A stretch of DNA of 64,000 nucleotides from Nitrospiria bacterium. Its GTDB lineage: Bacteria; Nitrospirota; Nitrospiria; DASWJH01. Shown one piece after another: positions 19,088 to 28,479 of the stretch. A program made the position numbers and the translations under genes. The stretch covers positions 4,172 through 68,171 of the forward strand of contig DASWJH010000048.1 in NCBI GenBank assembly GCA_036397255.1, in the 5' to 3' direction. The first letter of the stretch is position 1, and each line of letters begins with the position of its first letter. Below the pieces are notes generated by a model. The model was not told where the DNA came from. It saw nothing but the letters and a program-made list of their open reading frames with translations, and made no database searches.

Positions 19088-20851
19088 CTAAATCGTTCCC
19101 AAATTCCCGTTGAGGCGTAAAGCCAAAACTTTCACAGAATTCATGATCTGGGTAAAGCAGGTCTCAAAGATAACATCTTTTTCCAAATCAGGATCAGGAA
19201 CTTCCATTAAGTTATCTTCCGAGAAACACCCTAGAAGAAACGTTTTTTCCATCGAATCTGGATAACGCTGATTCATCATAACCAGGTGCTTAATTTCCAT
19301 CACCAGAATGATATCGGCTTTTCGGACCATTGCATCACTGATCAAAACAGCACGATGAGATTTCACATTCAAACCAATCTCTTTTGCTTTCTTAATCATA
19401 TTTGGATGTGCATTTCGGCCAGAAACAGTATCGAGTCCGGCAGAATCAATGAAAATTGACTCTCTGTTTCTGTCTAGGGCTTGTTCAAGATACCTTGCAG
19501 CAAACGGACTTCGGATCACATTACCTGTACAGACAAAAAGGATTTTTTTAATTTGATCTACTTTTTCAAAGAGGGTCTTGGGGTCCTTTTTTATCTTTTT
19601 CATGCGTCGAAGCTCTCTCATATAAATGATCCTCTTTTTTGCAAAAGCAACCAGGCTCCCCCAAATATTATAAATATCCTGAAAACCGGGCATAGGATCG
19701 GTAAAACTGAACGTATCAGAGCACTCCGTTGGATTCAGAAACCTAAAGGTATCTATTAAAATACGGCTATAGGTTGGGTATTTTATAATTGGATTCTCTG
19801 TTTTTTTTCTAAACAAGACGGTTTTTAACCATTCCAACTCTTTTTCGATGTTTCGACAACGTTTTTCTGTTTTATAGGTCCTGGGAAAATTCCTCCGTTG
19901 ACTAACCATAAATTCATATAAATAATAGGGAAAGTCTGCTCCGGCTGCCACGGCAAGCGGTAGTGAACCCCAAAACCTTCCGTTAATTTCTAACAAATAC
20001 AGGGCTCGGGTCTTGCAATCCCTTTTGAATTCAATCATGGCAATTCCACTCCAGGAAAGGCTTCTCATCAGCCTGGAAACGTATTCTTCTACCTCAGGGA
20101 CAATGGGTTCACTGATGCGGTAAGAACTTGGCCCCCCGCTCAAAGGTACTTCATGGAGCCTTCGGTATTGAAAGGCTGTTTTTATCTTTCCTTCTTCTGC
20201 GAGAACAGCCATCCCAACACCTTCTCCGGTTACGTATTGCTGAATAACCACAGGATTCCATTCGAGCAAAGAAGTGGCTTTTTTTTCTAATTCTCCGAAA
20301 TCAAAGGCGTAGCTAACTGAAAGATCTTTGCCAAAATCTTCGGATATCCAGGACTTTGAGCTGTCCGGTTTAATGACAACAGGAAAAGATAATTCCTCTT
20401 CAATTTTTCTCAAATCCTGAACATTTTTCAGCGTCCATGTGTACGGAACTGGAATCCCGATTGCTTTAGCGAGCTCTCCCGTTCGACTTTTGGAAAGAAC
20501 GATGGCCAGTTTATCATTAGGTGCCATCGCAACGGGAACAATGGCTTCCACTTGATTCCGTATCTTCATGATAGGGCATATCGTAAGATCCGTCACAGGG
20601 ATAATGAGTTCATAAGCATCTTTATGAACATGATCCAATAGTGTTTTTGTAAAACCGGATACGTCAAACAAAGGATCTGGATAAATAAAATGATCGGAGC
20701 AGTATTTGGATTTCGCTGCCAGCGATTTAGGTCTACTTGATCCAACAGACACCGGTATCCCTCTTTTGCCTAGTGAACGGACAATGGCAAGTGCGGATGG
20801 CCATTCTCCATCGAGAACCAAAACTTTTTTCTCTAAAAATGTTTTCGGCAT
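19088..20851 (-). CDS. fusion protein: N-terminal ATP-grasp domain plus C-terminal low-molecular-weight protein-tyrosine phosphatase (Wzb-like)
   Basis: The N-terminal ~420 aa contain FPVVIKP...WSGIAMIEFK, an ATP-grasp B/C-domain signature. The C-terminal ~150 aa contain KILFVCTGNVIRSPFAARY (the C-x5-R P-loop of LMW-PTPs) and MEVPDPDLE (the DP general-acid motif). Confidence 0.65.
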   Translation of the reverse strand: MPKTFLEKKVLVLDGEWPSALAIVRSLGKRGIPVSVGSSRPKSLAAKSKYCSDHFIYPDPLFDVSGFTKTLLDHVHKDAYELIIPVTDLTICPIMKIRNQVEAIVPVAMAPNDKLAIVLSKSRTGELAKAIGIPVPYTWTLKNVQDLRKIEEELSFPVVIKPDSSKSWISEDFGKDLSVSYAFDFGELEKKATSLLEWNPVVIQQYVTGEGVGMAVLAEEGKIKTAFQYRRLHEVPLSGGPSSYRISEPIVPEVEEYVSRLMRSLSWSGIAMIEFKRDCKTRALYLLEINGRFWGSLPLAVAAGADFPYYLYEFMVSQRRNFPRTYKTEKRCRNIEKELEWLKTVLFRKKTENPIIKYPTYSRILIDTFRFLNPTECSDTFSFTDPMPGFQDIYNIWGSLVAFAKKRIIYMRELRRMKKIKKDPKTLFEKVDQIKKILFVCTGNVIRSPFAARYLEQALDRNRESIFIDSAGLDTVSGRNAHPNMIKKAKEIGLNVKSHRAVLISDAMVRKADIILVMEIKHLVMMNQRYPDSMEKTFLLGCFSEDNLMEVPDPDLEKDVIFETCFTQIMNSVKVLALRLNGNLGTI

Positions 20852-20855
20852 AGGA

Positions 20856-21929
20856 TCAGGTTGCTAAGCGAACCACTTTTCTAAAAAGGCTTCCCATCCT
20901 CTCCAATTCATAATCCAGATAATTGCTATAAATATAAAAAGATTGAACTCTTCCGGTTTCATTTGAAAACCGCTTTTTATATTCTTCACTCCCAATGGTA
21001 AAATCAAATGCATCCATTCGCTCTTGAATAGCATAATCCAACAACTCTTTTAAAAGTACCTGCCCGGGGGAATATTTTAAAAAAACCTGATTAAAAGAGG
21101 GGGTATACCAGGTTAATATTCCATTAAAATTAAATCCAAAGTGGTAAGCTAAAGGAATTCCCCCCGAACGTATCACCGAAAAAAGCAACCAGTTGTTGCT
21201 GCCAAGATTTTCCACAAGCCTTAAAAAGAAACGTCTTGATTTTTCATTTAGGAATTGACTAGGAGTACGAGAAGACTTCCAGCGTGAGATATGCTGCTCG
21301 AAAAAAGAATTCAAATGTGTCTCAATTTTAGCTGGGTCAAATAAATGGTCAACCTCATAACTCCCTTGTTTTCTGAAATGATTTTGTCTCCTCCTAAGGC
21401 TCTTCTTTCTAAGCACCCGTTTTACCTCATTGTCATAGTTATTGATCACCAGTTTGTGGGAATTAGAATACTTCACAAAAAACTTACCGCGCATGTGTCT
21501 GGAACAGGCTCCTATGAGTATCTTGCTTAAAACGGAGTTTTCAGTAATCCCTGTAAGCTTAAGACAATCCCAACGATTTCTATTTTCAAAAAGGAATTCA
21601 ATCATCAAGGGAATTATATTCTCACAACTTTCGTTTGTGATAAAGTTACAATAATCCGAAGTGCCAGAACCTATGAATTCAACAATTCTTTTTCGAGCAA
21701 GGATAGTATCCTGGCAAGTAATCATCAAAGGGGCAATTCCCACAACTTCCCCATCTTCCTTTGCAACAATTACAAAAAGTTCACGGTCATCCCCAAATAC
21801 CTCCCACCAGGCTTGATGCCACTCGTAGGTTTGGAAGATTGTGTTTAATCCGCTCTTTTGTGCCAATCTATTCCAAATCAATTTTTCAGGATTGATCTGA
21901 TCAAACCGATTGATTAAACAAATTTCCAT
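20856..21929 (-). CDS. FemAB-like/GNAT-fold acyltransferase (the PEP-CTERM-locus-associated FemAB-related family)
   Basis: It is about 350 aa, has no signal peptide, and has a C-terminal GNAT-like block (LLKELLDYAIQERMDAFDF). Its position next to a deacetylase and the exosortase-locus core matches the known FemAB-related family of these loci. Confidence 0.45.
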   Translation of the reverse strand: MEICLINRFDQINPEKLIWNRLAQKSGLNTIFQTYEWHQAWWEVFGDDRELFVIVAKEDGEVVGIAPLMITCQDTILARKRIVEFIGSGTSDYCNFITNESCENIIPLMIEFLFENRNRWDCLKLTGITENSVLSKILIGACSRHMRGKFFVKYSNSHKLVINNYDNEVKRVLRKKSLRRRQNHFRKQGSYEVDHLFDPAKIETHLNSFFEQHISRWKSSRTPSQFLNEKSRRFFLRLVENLGSNNWLLFSVIRSGGIPLAYHFGFNFNGILTWYTPSFNQVFLKYSPGQVLLKELLDYAIQERMDAFDFTIGSEEYKKRFSNETGRVQSFYIYSNYLDYELERMGSLFRKVVRLAT

Positions 21930-22955
21930 TTAGGGGATCAAGCTTGAATTTTTAAAGTGGTAGGATAATCCTGAAACGAGGCATTTAAATCGCGCAGGAC
22001 TGATATCGGCACCGATAGAAACTCTTTTTAGTTCGAACAAATCTTCAGATCGATCATTTAGACCCGGAATGGTCGTCAATGCACAATCTACTTGGGATTT
22101 TTTCAATTGTTCTTTTACATAGTCCGTAAAGTCGATCTTCCTTCCATTGGGGTAAGCAAAAAATTGGCAACTTTTTCCGCAATGATGCTCAATCGTTTCA
22201 CAAGACTCCTTGATTTCCTTCACGGCATCTGAGGGGTCCATTTGACTTAAGATATTATGGGTAGCCGTATGGGAGCCGAATTCAATCAAACCATAATTAC
22301 TTAAAAATTTTATATCATCCCAAGACATCAGATCAAAATCTGAATCTCTTGAAATCGAATGAATTTTCAAATGATCGATTATTTCTTCTAAAATGAGGTC
22401 CTTTTCATGGCGTGGTAACATTTTTAAGTATTCAGCAATTTCTTGATTTGCCATTTCCTTTTCAATGGGTAAACGAAGAGAATAATATGGCAGGCCCCAT
22501 TTGGTTAGATCAATCCCCTGCTTAGAAGTGTGTTTAATAGCAAGGTATAAACGATCGGGCCAACAATGGACTTGGTCTGACACACACCTTGTCGCCAAAA
22601 AAATTACCGCTGGGATATGGTACTGGCTTAATATGGGATAAGCAATCGTATAGTTATTGCGATATCCATCATCAAAAGTGACCACGGCTGTGTAATCCGG
22701 AAGGGGTTTCCCATTTCGCATTTTTTCGATTAGCTCTGAAAGTTTTAAGACCGAATAATTCTTTTTAAGATATGAAATTTGAAACCTAAATTTTTTCTCA
22801 GGAAGCTGAGTCCAACAAAAAGGCTCAAGGGACTGTCTCACAACCCCGTGATACATCAAAATTAAAATTTTTTTCCTGTTTAGCCATCTGAAGTATCGCG
22901 TCAACCCAAAAATGTCACAAAAATAAAAAAATACTTCTTTAAGGATCTTCCTCAT
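21930..22955 (-). CDS. polysaccharide deacetylase family protein
   Basis: AVVTFDDGYRNNYTIAYPIL is the NodB TFDDG motif. It has a C-terminal extension. Confidence 0.7.
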   Translation of the reverse strand: MRKILKEVFFYFCDIFGLTRYFRWLNRKKILILMYHGVVRQSLEPFCWTQLPEKKFRFQISYLKKNYSVLKLSELIEKMRNGKPLPDYTAVVTFDDGYRNNYTIAYPILSQYHIPAVIFLATRCVSDQVHCWPDRLYLAIKHTSKQGIDLTKWGLPYYSLRLPIEKEMANQEIAEYLKMLPRHEKDLILEEIIDHLKIHSISRDSDFDLMSWDDIKFLSNYGLIEFGSHTATHNILSQMDPSDAVKEIKESCETIEHHCGKSCQFFAYPNGRKIDFTDYVKEQLKKSQVDCALTTIPGLNDRSEDLFELKRVSIGADISPARFKCLVSGLSYHFKNSSLIP

Positions 22956-22990
22956 AAAAAAATCTCATCTAAACGCAGAGCTAGTCCCAC

Positions 22991-24133
22991 TTACTTGCTT
23001 CCATGGTCATCCACACCCCATTCAACACCACAAATCGTGTAAGACTCTCCTTCTCTCCTCCAATTTTTAATTATCTGAGACAAACGTTTGGTTAATCGAT
23101 GTAGGGCCAGACGGTAGGCCGGAGATAATAGCCATTGATTTCGCATACTGTGAGAAAGACTTAGTATTTCCCCTAATGCTTGTCGAATTTCAAGAAGGCT
23201 GACAAGCGGTATATCTTGTTTTCGAATCTTCGTTCCATAGCTTGACAAAAACAGACTTTGTAAACTCCTGATGGTTCCAACCCTAACTAAGGGATTCCAA
23301 CAGTAGTTATCCAAGGCATGTAACATGGTGATGACATCTCGATAAATCGGTCCTTTCCTAAAATCTGCAAAATCCAGCACCGTCACGTTACGGTCTCCAA
23401 CCAGAATATTCGACGGAATAAAGTCCGAATGCATTCCAGATATGGGTATGTCATAACACACCTCTGAAGCCACCCGTTCCACGTGCTCTCTTACCTGATC
23501 GGATATCTGCCCACTAAGGAAACCCCTTTCTCGTGCATTTGTCACTTGTGCATGGATATCGATTACCGTTTCAGAATGACTGTAAGGACGCCCATTAATC
23601 CGATTGGACTCTTTCTGGAAATGGCTTAACCATCTGCCAGAAAATTGACAATACTGCTCGATTTGTGTAATTGACCTAAATCCAAAATGAAAACGGGTGC
23701 CATGTTTAAGGATATGGCTGAAGGCCTGGCCGGAGAATTCCTCAGTAACAATGGCTTGCAGATCCTCAAAACAAGCGATGGGAAAGATAACATCGAACTC
23801 CACTAATCGATGATTTTGTTCATTTAGAGCCTTGAGAACCCTATATTCTCTAGCCATTTTTTCATAACCCAGTTTCTGATCTGGGAATTGAAAGATCTTG
23901 ACGAAGTAATTACGGCCAGTGCTTCCATTGCATAGGTTAACCTTCAGTACAAGGGATCGGGGCCTGCAGATGGTATTCAATCTTTCAATAGTGGGAATCG
24001 AGTCTAAACCGAATATCTCTTTGTAATTCTTCCTAATACGTTCGAATACGGCGTCAACGATTTTTTGAAAATCTTTTTTAGTCTTCCTGGTGGCTTGCTT
24101 TTCCACCTTACTCAAGGATACGCTCGATGGCAT
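22991..24133 (-). CDS. protein-kinase-like-fold phosphotransferase (APH/choline-kinase family)
   Basis: GMHSDFIPSNILVGDRNVTVLDFADF contains the catalytic HxD...N loop and a DF(A) metal-binding motif characteristic of aminoglycoside/choline kinase-like enzymes. Confidence 0.55.
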   Translation of the reverse strand: MPSSVSLSKVEKQATRKTKKDFQKIVDAVFERIRKNYKEIFGLDSIPTIERLNTICRPRSLVLKVNLCNGSTGRNYFVKIFQFPDQKLGYEKMAREYRVLKALNEQNHRLVEFDVIFPIACFEDLQAIVTEEFSGQAFSHILKHGTRFHFGFRSITQIEQYCQFSGRWLSHFQKESNRINGRPYSHSETVIDIHAQVTNARERGFLSGQISDQVREHVERVASEVCYDIPISGMHSDFIPSNILVGDRNVTVLDFADFRKGPIYRDVITMLHALDNYCWNPLVRVGTIRSLQSLFLSSYGTKIRKQDIPLVSLLEIRQALGEILSLSHSMRNQWLLSPAYRLALHRLTKRLSQIIKNWRREGESYTICGVEWGVDDHGSK

Positions 24134-25109
24134 AGTCCTTTACTTTCCTTGCATGAGTAAAAATGATTATTTCACCCAGAAGACCAATAGAAAATAACTG
24201 AACTCCCAAAACGATAAGCAATACACCGAGGACTAGAATAGGTCGGTCAGCGATGGCGCCGTGTCCTAGGATCCGGTCTGCTCCCAAGTAAACAATGATC
24301 ATTCCTCCAATTCCCACCAGACCCGATCCCAGCAACCCAAAGAACCGCAAGGGTTTTTTCGTGAATTTGAATAGAAAGAATAGTGTTAGGATATCCAGTA
24401 GCCTTCTGATATAGATTCCGGGTTTAAAAATCCTCCGCTTTTTATCATAGGCGCTTTGCTTTACGCAAACCTCTGCCACCCGAAATCCTCTCTCGTAACT
24501 CAATAAGGGTAGAAATCGATGGAGGTCTCCGTAAAGAGGGACTTCTTCGACAACTTTTCTCTTTATCGCTCGAAGTCCGCAACTCAGGTCATGATAGGTT
24601 CTCCCCGTCAGTAACTGGGTTAGCCGATGAAAGATCCAAGATTGTATCCGGTTGAAAAAGGAATCAATACGAGGAAATCTCCTGGAAATGGCAAGATCAT
24701 AATTTTCTTGAAAAACCTTATTCAAAATTCGATCGATTTCTTCGGGTTCAACTTGAAAATAGGAGGATATTGTCATTATAACGGGTGCCCTTGAAACCTC
24801 AAAACCCACCGATAACGCTGTTGCTTCTCCAAAAGATCGACTTAAGGAAACGATTTTGATATTTTGATACGTTTTTTTCAAATCATTCAATACACCGATA
24901 ACATTCAAATAGGATCCATCCACAACAAAAATAAATTCAAAGGCTTTTCCATATGCTGAAAGCTTTCGTGCGTATTGGACGTAAATTTCTCGAAGATCGT
25001 CAATCCGTTCAGTAACAGGGACCACGACCGAAATATCGATTGCAACATCCGATGTTTTTTCACTATCCAATTCTTTTATTTCCTTGTTTATCATTCTTTG
25101 TTGTTCCAT
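24108..25109 (-). CDS. family-2 glycosyltransferase (polyprenyl-phosphate glycosyltransferase-like, DPM1/GtrB type) with C-terminal TM helices
   Basis: ISVVVPVTERIDDL...FVVDGS, then two C-terminal TM helices. Confidence 0.65.
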   Translation of the reverse strand: MEQQRMINKEIKELDSEKTSDVAIDISVVVPVTERIDDLREIYVQYARKLSAYGKAFEFIFVVDGSYLNVIGVLNDLKKTYQNIKIVSLSRSFGEATALSVGFEVSRAPVIMTISSYFQVEPEEIDRILNKVFQENYDLAISRRFPRIDSFFNRIQSWIFHRLTQLLTGRTYHDLSCGLRAIKRKVVEEVPLYGDLHRFLPLLSYERGFRVAEVCVKQSAYDKKRRIFKPGIYIRRLLDILTLFFLFKFTKKPLRFFGLLGSGLVGIGGMIIVYLGADRILGHGAIADRPILVLGVLLIVLGVQLFSIGLLGEIIIFTHARKVKDYAIERILE

Positions 25110-25115
25110 ATTTAT

Positions 25116-26159
25116 CTATTGAACCACCATGGTTGGCTTAATACCCCTTTCAGGCCAATTATCCCCCATTTTCACCGAAAGTTCTCCTATAATTCCCATC
25201 GCAAAGAGATGGGCACTTAAGGATAACAGAAGAAAACTGACCGTTGATAAAATCAACCAACCGTCGATTTGTTCACCCAGAAACATGCCCATTCCTAAAA
25301 AGACTGCGATGAAGGCTAAAAGGGTGAAGGGTACGCTTAAGAAACCAAACCAAAGCGCCGGACGAGAAGAAAAACTTATAATCATTTTTACGGTAATAAT
25401 ATCGAGAACCACCCTCCAGGTTCTCCCAATCCCATATTTGCTCTTTCCAAAATGTCGTGGATGGTGATTGACCACAATCTCTGAAATTCTCGCTCCGGTT
25501 AGTGTCGACATGGCAGGGATAAATCGGTGCATCTCATTATAAAGCGTTACATTTTTAATCACAGAACCGCGGAAAGCTTTTAAGGAACAGCCATTATCAT
25601 GGATTTTTACTCCCGTTACGCTACTAATAATCCAATTGGCAATCATTGAGGGTAATAAGCGGCTCCAAAATTTATCCTGCCGCCTTTTCCGCCAACCGCA
25701 GACGACGTCATATCCTTCTTCAATCTTATCCAGGAGCCGGGGAATATCAGAGGGGTCGTTCTGGAGATCTCCATCCATACTCACAATGATCTTTCCCCGC
25801 GCCAATTCGAACCCTGCTGCCATGGCAGAGGTTTGCCCGTAATTCTTTCTGAACTTGATGATCCGAATCCTTTGATCTTTAAGCTGCATTTCGGTTAGCA
25901 ATCTAAATGTCTTATCCTGGCTTCCATCATCGATAAATACGATTTCATATTGGAGGGCTAACCCATCACAAATATTTTTTATGGAAGAATACAACTCTAA
26001 AATCGATTCCTCTTCATTCATTACTGGAATCACAATTGAAAGGTCTATTTTCCAATCAAGGTCCGATGCCGTTTTTTCAAGTTTTTGAAACCGCATATTT
26101 TCTAAGATCTTATTTGGTTTAGGTAGATACAGTCCGGAATCTTTGGATAATAATACCAA
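25116..26159 (-). CDS. family-2 glycosyltransferase (ArnC/GtrB-like undecaprenyl-phosphate sugar transferase)
   Basis: LSIVIPVMNEEESI...FIDDGSQDKT...VSMDGDLQNDP (the DxD motif), then C-terminal TM helices. The true start may be the internal Met at about 26096, which would remove the 41-nt overlap with the upstream gene. Confidence 0.7.
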   Translation of the reverse strand: MVLLSKDSGLYLPKPNKILENMRFQKLEKTASDLDWKIDLSIVIPVMNEEESILELYSSIKNICDGLALQYEIVFIDDGSQDKTFRLLTEMQLKDQRIRIIKFRKNYGQTSAMAAGFELARGKIIVSMDGDLQNDPSDIPRLLDKIEEGYDVVCGWRKRRQDKFWSRLLPSMIANWIISSVTGVKIHDNGCSLKAFRGSVIKNVTLYNEMHRFIPAMSTLTGARISEIVVNHHPRHFGKSKYGIGRTWRVVLDIITVKMIISFSSRPALWFGFLSVPFTLLAFIAVFLGMGMFLGEQIDGWLILSTVSFLLLSLSAHLFAMGIIGELSVKMGDNWPERGIKPTMVVQ

Positions 26160-27252
26160 GAAACGTACCGATTCCGTTATTGATCACGTCCATCAGCGAT
26201 GAAATTCTAACCAACGAGTAATACTGGAGGTACTCCATGCAAAGGGAAAAAAAAACCCCTAAAATTAAAACCGACACCATTTTAATCCCTGAATCATTAT
26301 TTGCAAATACCGTTGCAGCATAAGCCAAATAACCCAATGGAATAAAGAGAACAATATTGATAAGTATATCCGTTAACTGCTTCCATGAGAGGTTAAAGTT
26401 TTGGAAAGGATGCATAAGGAATACCTGATTGGTAATCTCTGGTCCGGTAAGAATTTGAGTTTGAATGAACGGTTTCACCCCACTCTTATCCATGATGACC
26501 TCTCCCTTTCTTTGATCAAACAAATATAACGTAGTAATTCCATCCATGACTCGACCTGAAGGACCATTTCCGGGAATTCCTTTTAAAGATTCTGCACGAT
26601 AATTTTGAACCACCTCTTGTTCTGATAAGGCTCGATTGTATAGAGCGACTAAAAATATCTTTCCGACCCATGGGCGATTGCCTGTCCCTTCATTCCCAAT
26701 CAATAAAGGGAAAGTCGGATTCCAATTGGAGAAATCACCACTCAGGGCAGTCGATGAATCACGAAGCTGCCCATCCACATAAATTTTTTCTTTAAAAAAG
26801 TCATATGTAACGGCAATATGCTGAGGATGATTGGAATCCAATACATCTTCCACTCTCCATTCGGGATTTTTCCCATTGAGATTCGTCTTTGTTGTTCTTA
26901 ATCTAACAATAAGATCTCTTCCTTCCTGGCCTATGGTAAAATTTCTTCTAACCTTATTAGCGGAATAGCTTATAATTCGAGCGGGTCCTTTTTGATTTAA
27001 ATGCTTGGTCGTTATCCAAAACTCTAAGGTTATCCCCGAACCTGTCTTCATTGCGTTATATAACTTCTCCGCGGATGAGGAGGATCTAATCCCTGCCGTC
27101 CCTCTAATTTCCATCCCTCTTGACTGCTCAAGCCATTGAATCTCACTTTTCAAGATGGGAAGGTGGAGATCAAAAGGGGATAATAATAAAACAAAAAGTA
27201 CAACAAGGTATAAAGTTGAGAGTGTGAAATACTTGACTCGTTGTTCTCTCAT
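26119..27252 (-). CDS. membrane protein with a LamG/ConA-like jelly-roll domain and a C-terminal VanZ-like domain
   Basis: It has an N-terminal TM helix. The middle region has KIFLVALYNRALSEQEVVQNY, typical of LamG domains. The C-terminal 4-TM block IVLFIPLGYLAYAATVF...VLILGVFFSLCMEYLQ resembles VanZ. Confidence 0.4.
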   Translation of the reverse strand: MREQRVKYFTLSTLYLVVLFVLLLSPFDLHLPILKSEIQWLEQSRGMEIRGTAGIRSSSSAEKLYNAMKTGSGITLEFWITTKHLNQKGPARIISYSANKVRRNFTIGQEGRDLIVRLRTTKTNLNGKNPEWRVEDVLDSNHPQHIAVTYDFFKEKIYVDGQLRDSSTALSGDFSNWNPTFPLLIGNEGTGNRPWVGKIFLVALYNRALSEQEVVQNYRAESLKGIPGNGPSGRVMDGITTLYLFDQRKGEVIMDKSGVKPFIQTQILTGPEITNQVFLMHPFQNFNLSWKQLTDILINIVLFIPLGYLAYAATVFANNDSGIKMVSVLILGVFFSLCMEYLQYYSLVRISSLMDVINNGIGTFLGIIIQRFRTVST

Positions 27253-27315
27253 CTCGTTTGGTTAGTTTTTTTCATGCTGAGTCAACACAATTAATCCCCT
27301 CTTTCCAGGTCTCCT

Positions 27316-28479
27316 TTATTTCATAACGCGAACTGTTTTTTTGAGTTCCTGAAGTGTAATATTTGCACTCCGCTCCCAATTAAAAAAGGTCGACCGATCC
27401 AAACTTTTTTTCCTTAACCCTATCCTGAAATCTTCGTTGGTTAACACGTTAACCATTTTTTGCGAAAAATCCTCTGGTTTTTTTGGATCTGCAAGGACTG
27501 CGGCACCTCCACCAATCTCCGGACAAGCCCCGGTCTTTGATGCAATAACAGGACAACCACAGCTCATGGCTTCGACCATTGCCATTGCATAACTTTCATA
27601 AAAAGATGGAATAACAAATAGACTGGCAAGATTATAAAGTTTAGGAATTTCTTTGTGAGGGACAAACCCAATAAAATGAACCCCTTCTAGCTCATCCCGG
27701 GTCCAACCCGTATGGAGAAGATATTCTTTCACATTTCGACCTGCGATTACGAGCTTGTGGGGATATTCATGACGCGATAGAAGGTATGCTCGGATAATTG
27801 TCTCAACATTCTTTCCTCCATAATAGGTTGGATTTTCATTTCCCACATGATCCACTCGAGTAACCCCAAGGATAAATCTTTCCGGAAGCTGATATTTTTC
27901 TCGAAAAGATTCAAGCAAGCCTGGTTCATGGATCGGCCGAAAATATTCCCGCGGAGCAGGATATGTAACAACTGCTTTATTGAACGATAATCCTATATAT
28001 TTTCGATTCTCCTCAATTATAAAATTGGAGATTGCAAACAAGACAGATGCTTTTCGACAATACAAGGGGAGCATTGTTTTAATATAGGCAATGTCCCACC
28101 ATTCATAATGCTCAGGCCACGCCCACCAGGCGGGCTCATGAATTCCCATTGCCACAGGACAATGACTGATTAGGGGGACACTAAATTTTTCGTTATATAT
28201 AATATCGGCTCCTTCCCTCCACGCCCGATAGGGAACGGCAATCTGATCCCAGAGGAACTTTTGGGGAGCATGAACAAGAATTTCCTTAGTATTTCGATAG
28301 GAAGAAAAGCGCCCAAACCACTTTGAGGACCTATATAAAAGCAGGTAAGTGTTCTCCTGGTCTATTTCCAACATATTCTCGATTAGGCCTTCTATAATTG
28401 CCCGGTGTCCACTATCTTGATCCATTGCACGCATCATTATCGCTATTTTCATTGAATAACCATTTTCAACTAAATCCAC
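27316..28479 (-). CDS. glycosyltransferase family 4
   Basis: PSFYESYAMAMVEAMSCGCPVIASKTGACPEIGG (E-x7-E). Confidence 0.75.
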   Translation of the reverse strand: MDLVENGYSMKIAIMMRAMDQDSGHRAIIEGLIENMLEIDQENTYLLLYRSSKWFGRFSSYRNTKEILVHAPQKFLWDQIAVPYRAWREGADIIYNEKFSVPLISHCPVAMGIHEPAWWAWPEHYEWWDIAYIKTMLPLYCRKASVLFAISNFIIEENRKYIGLSFNKAVVTYPAPREYFRPIHEPGLLESFREKYQLPERFILGVTRVDHVGNENPTYYGGKNVETIIRAYLLSRHEYPHKLVIAGRNVKEYLLHTGWTRDELEGVHFIGFVPHKEIPKLYNLASLFVIPSFYESYAMAMVEAMSCGCPVIASKTGACPEIGGGAAVLADPKKPEDFSQKMVNVLTNEDFRIGLRKKSLDRSTFFNWERSANITLQELKKTVRVMK

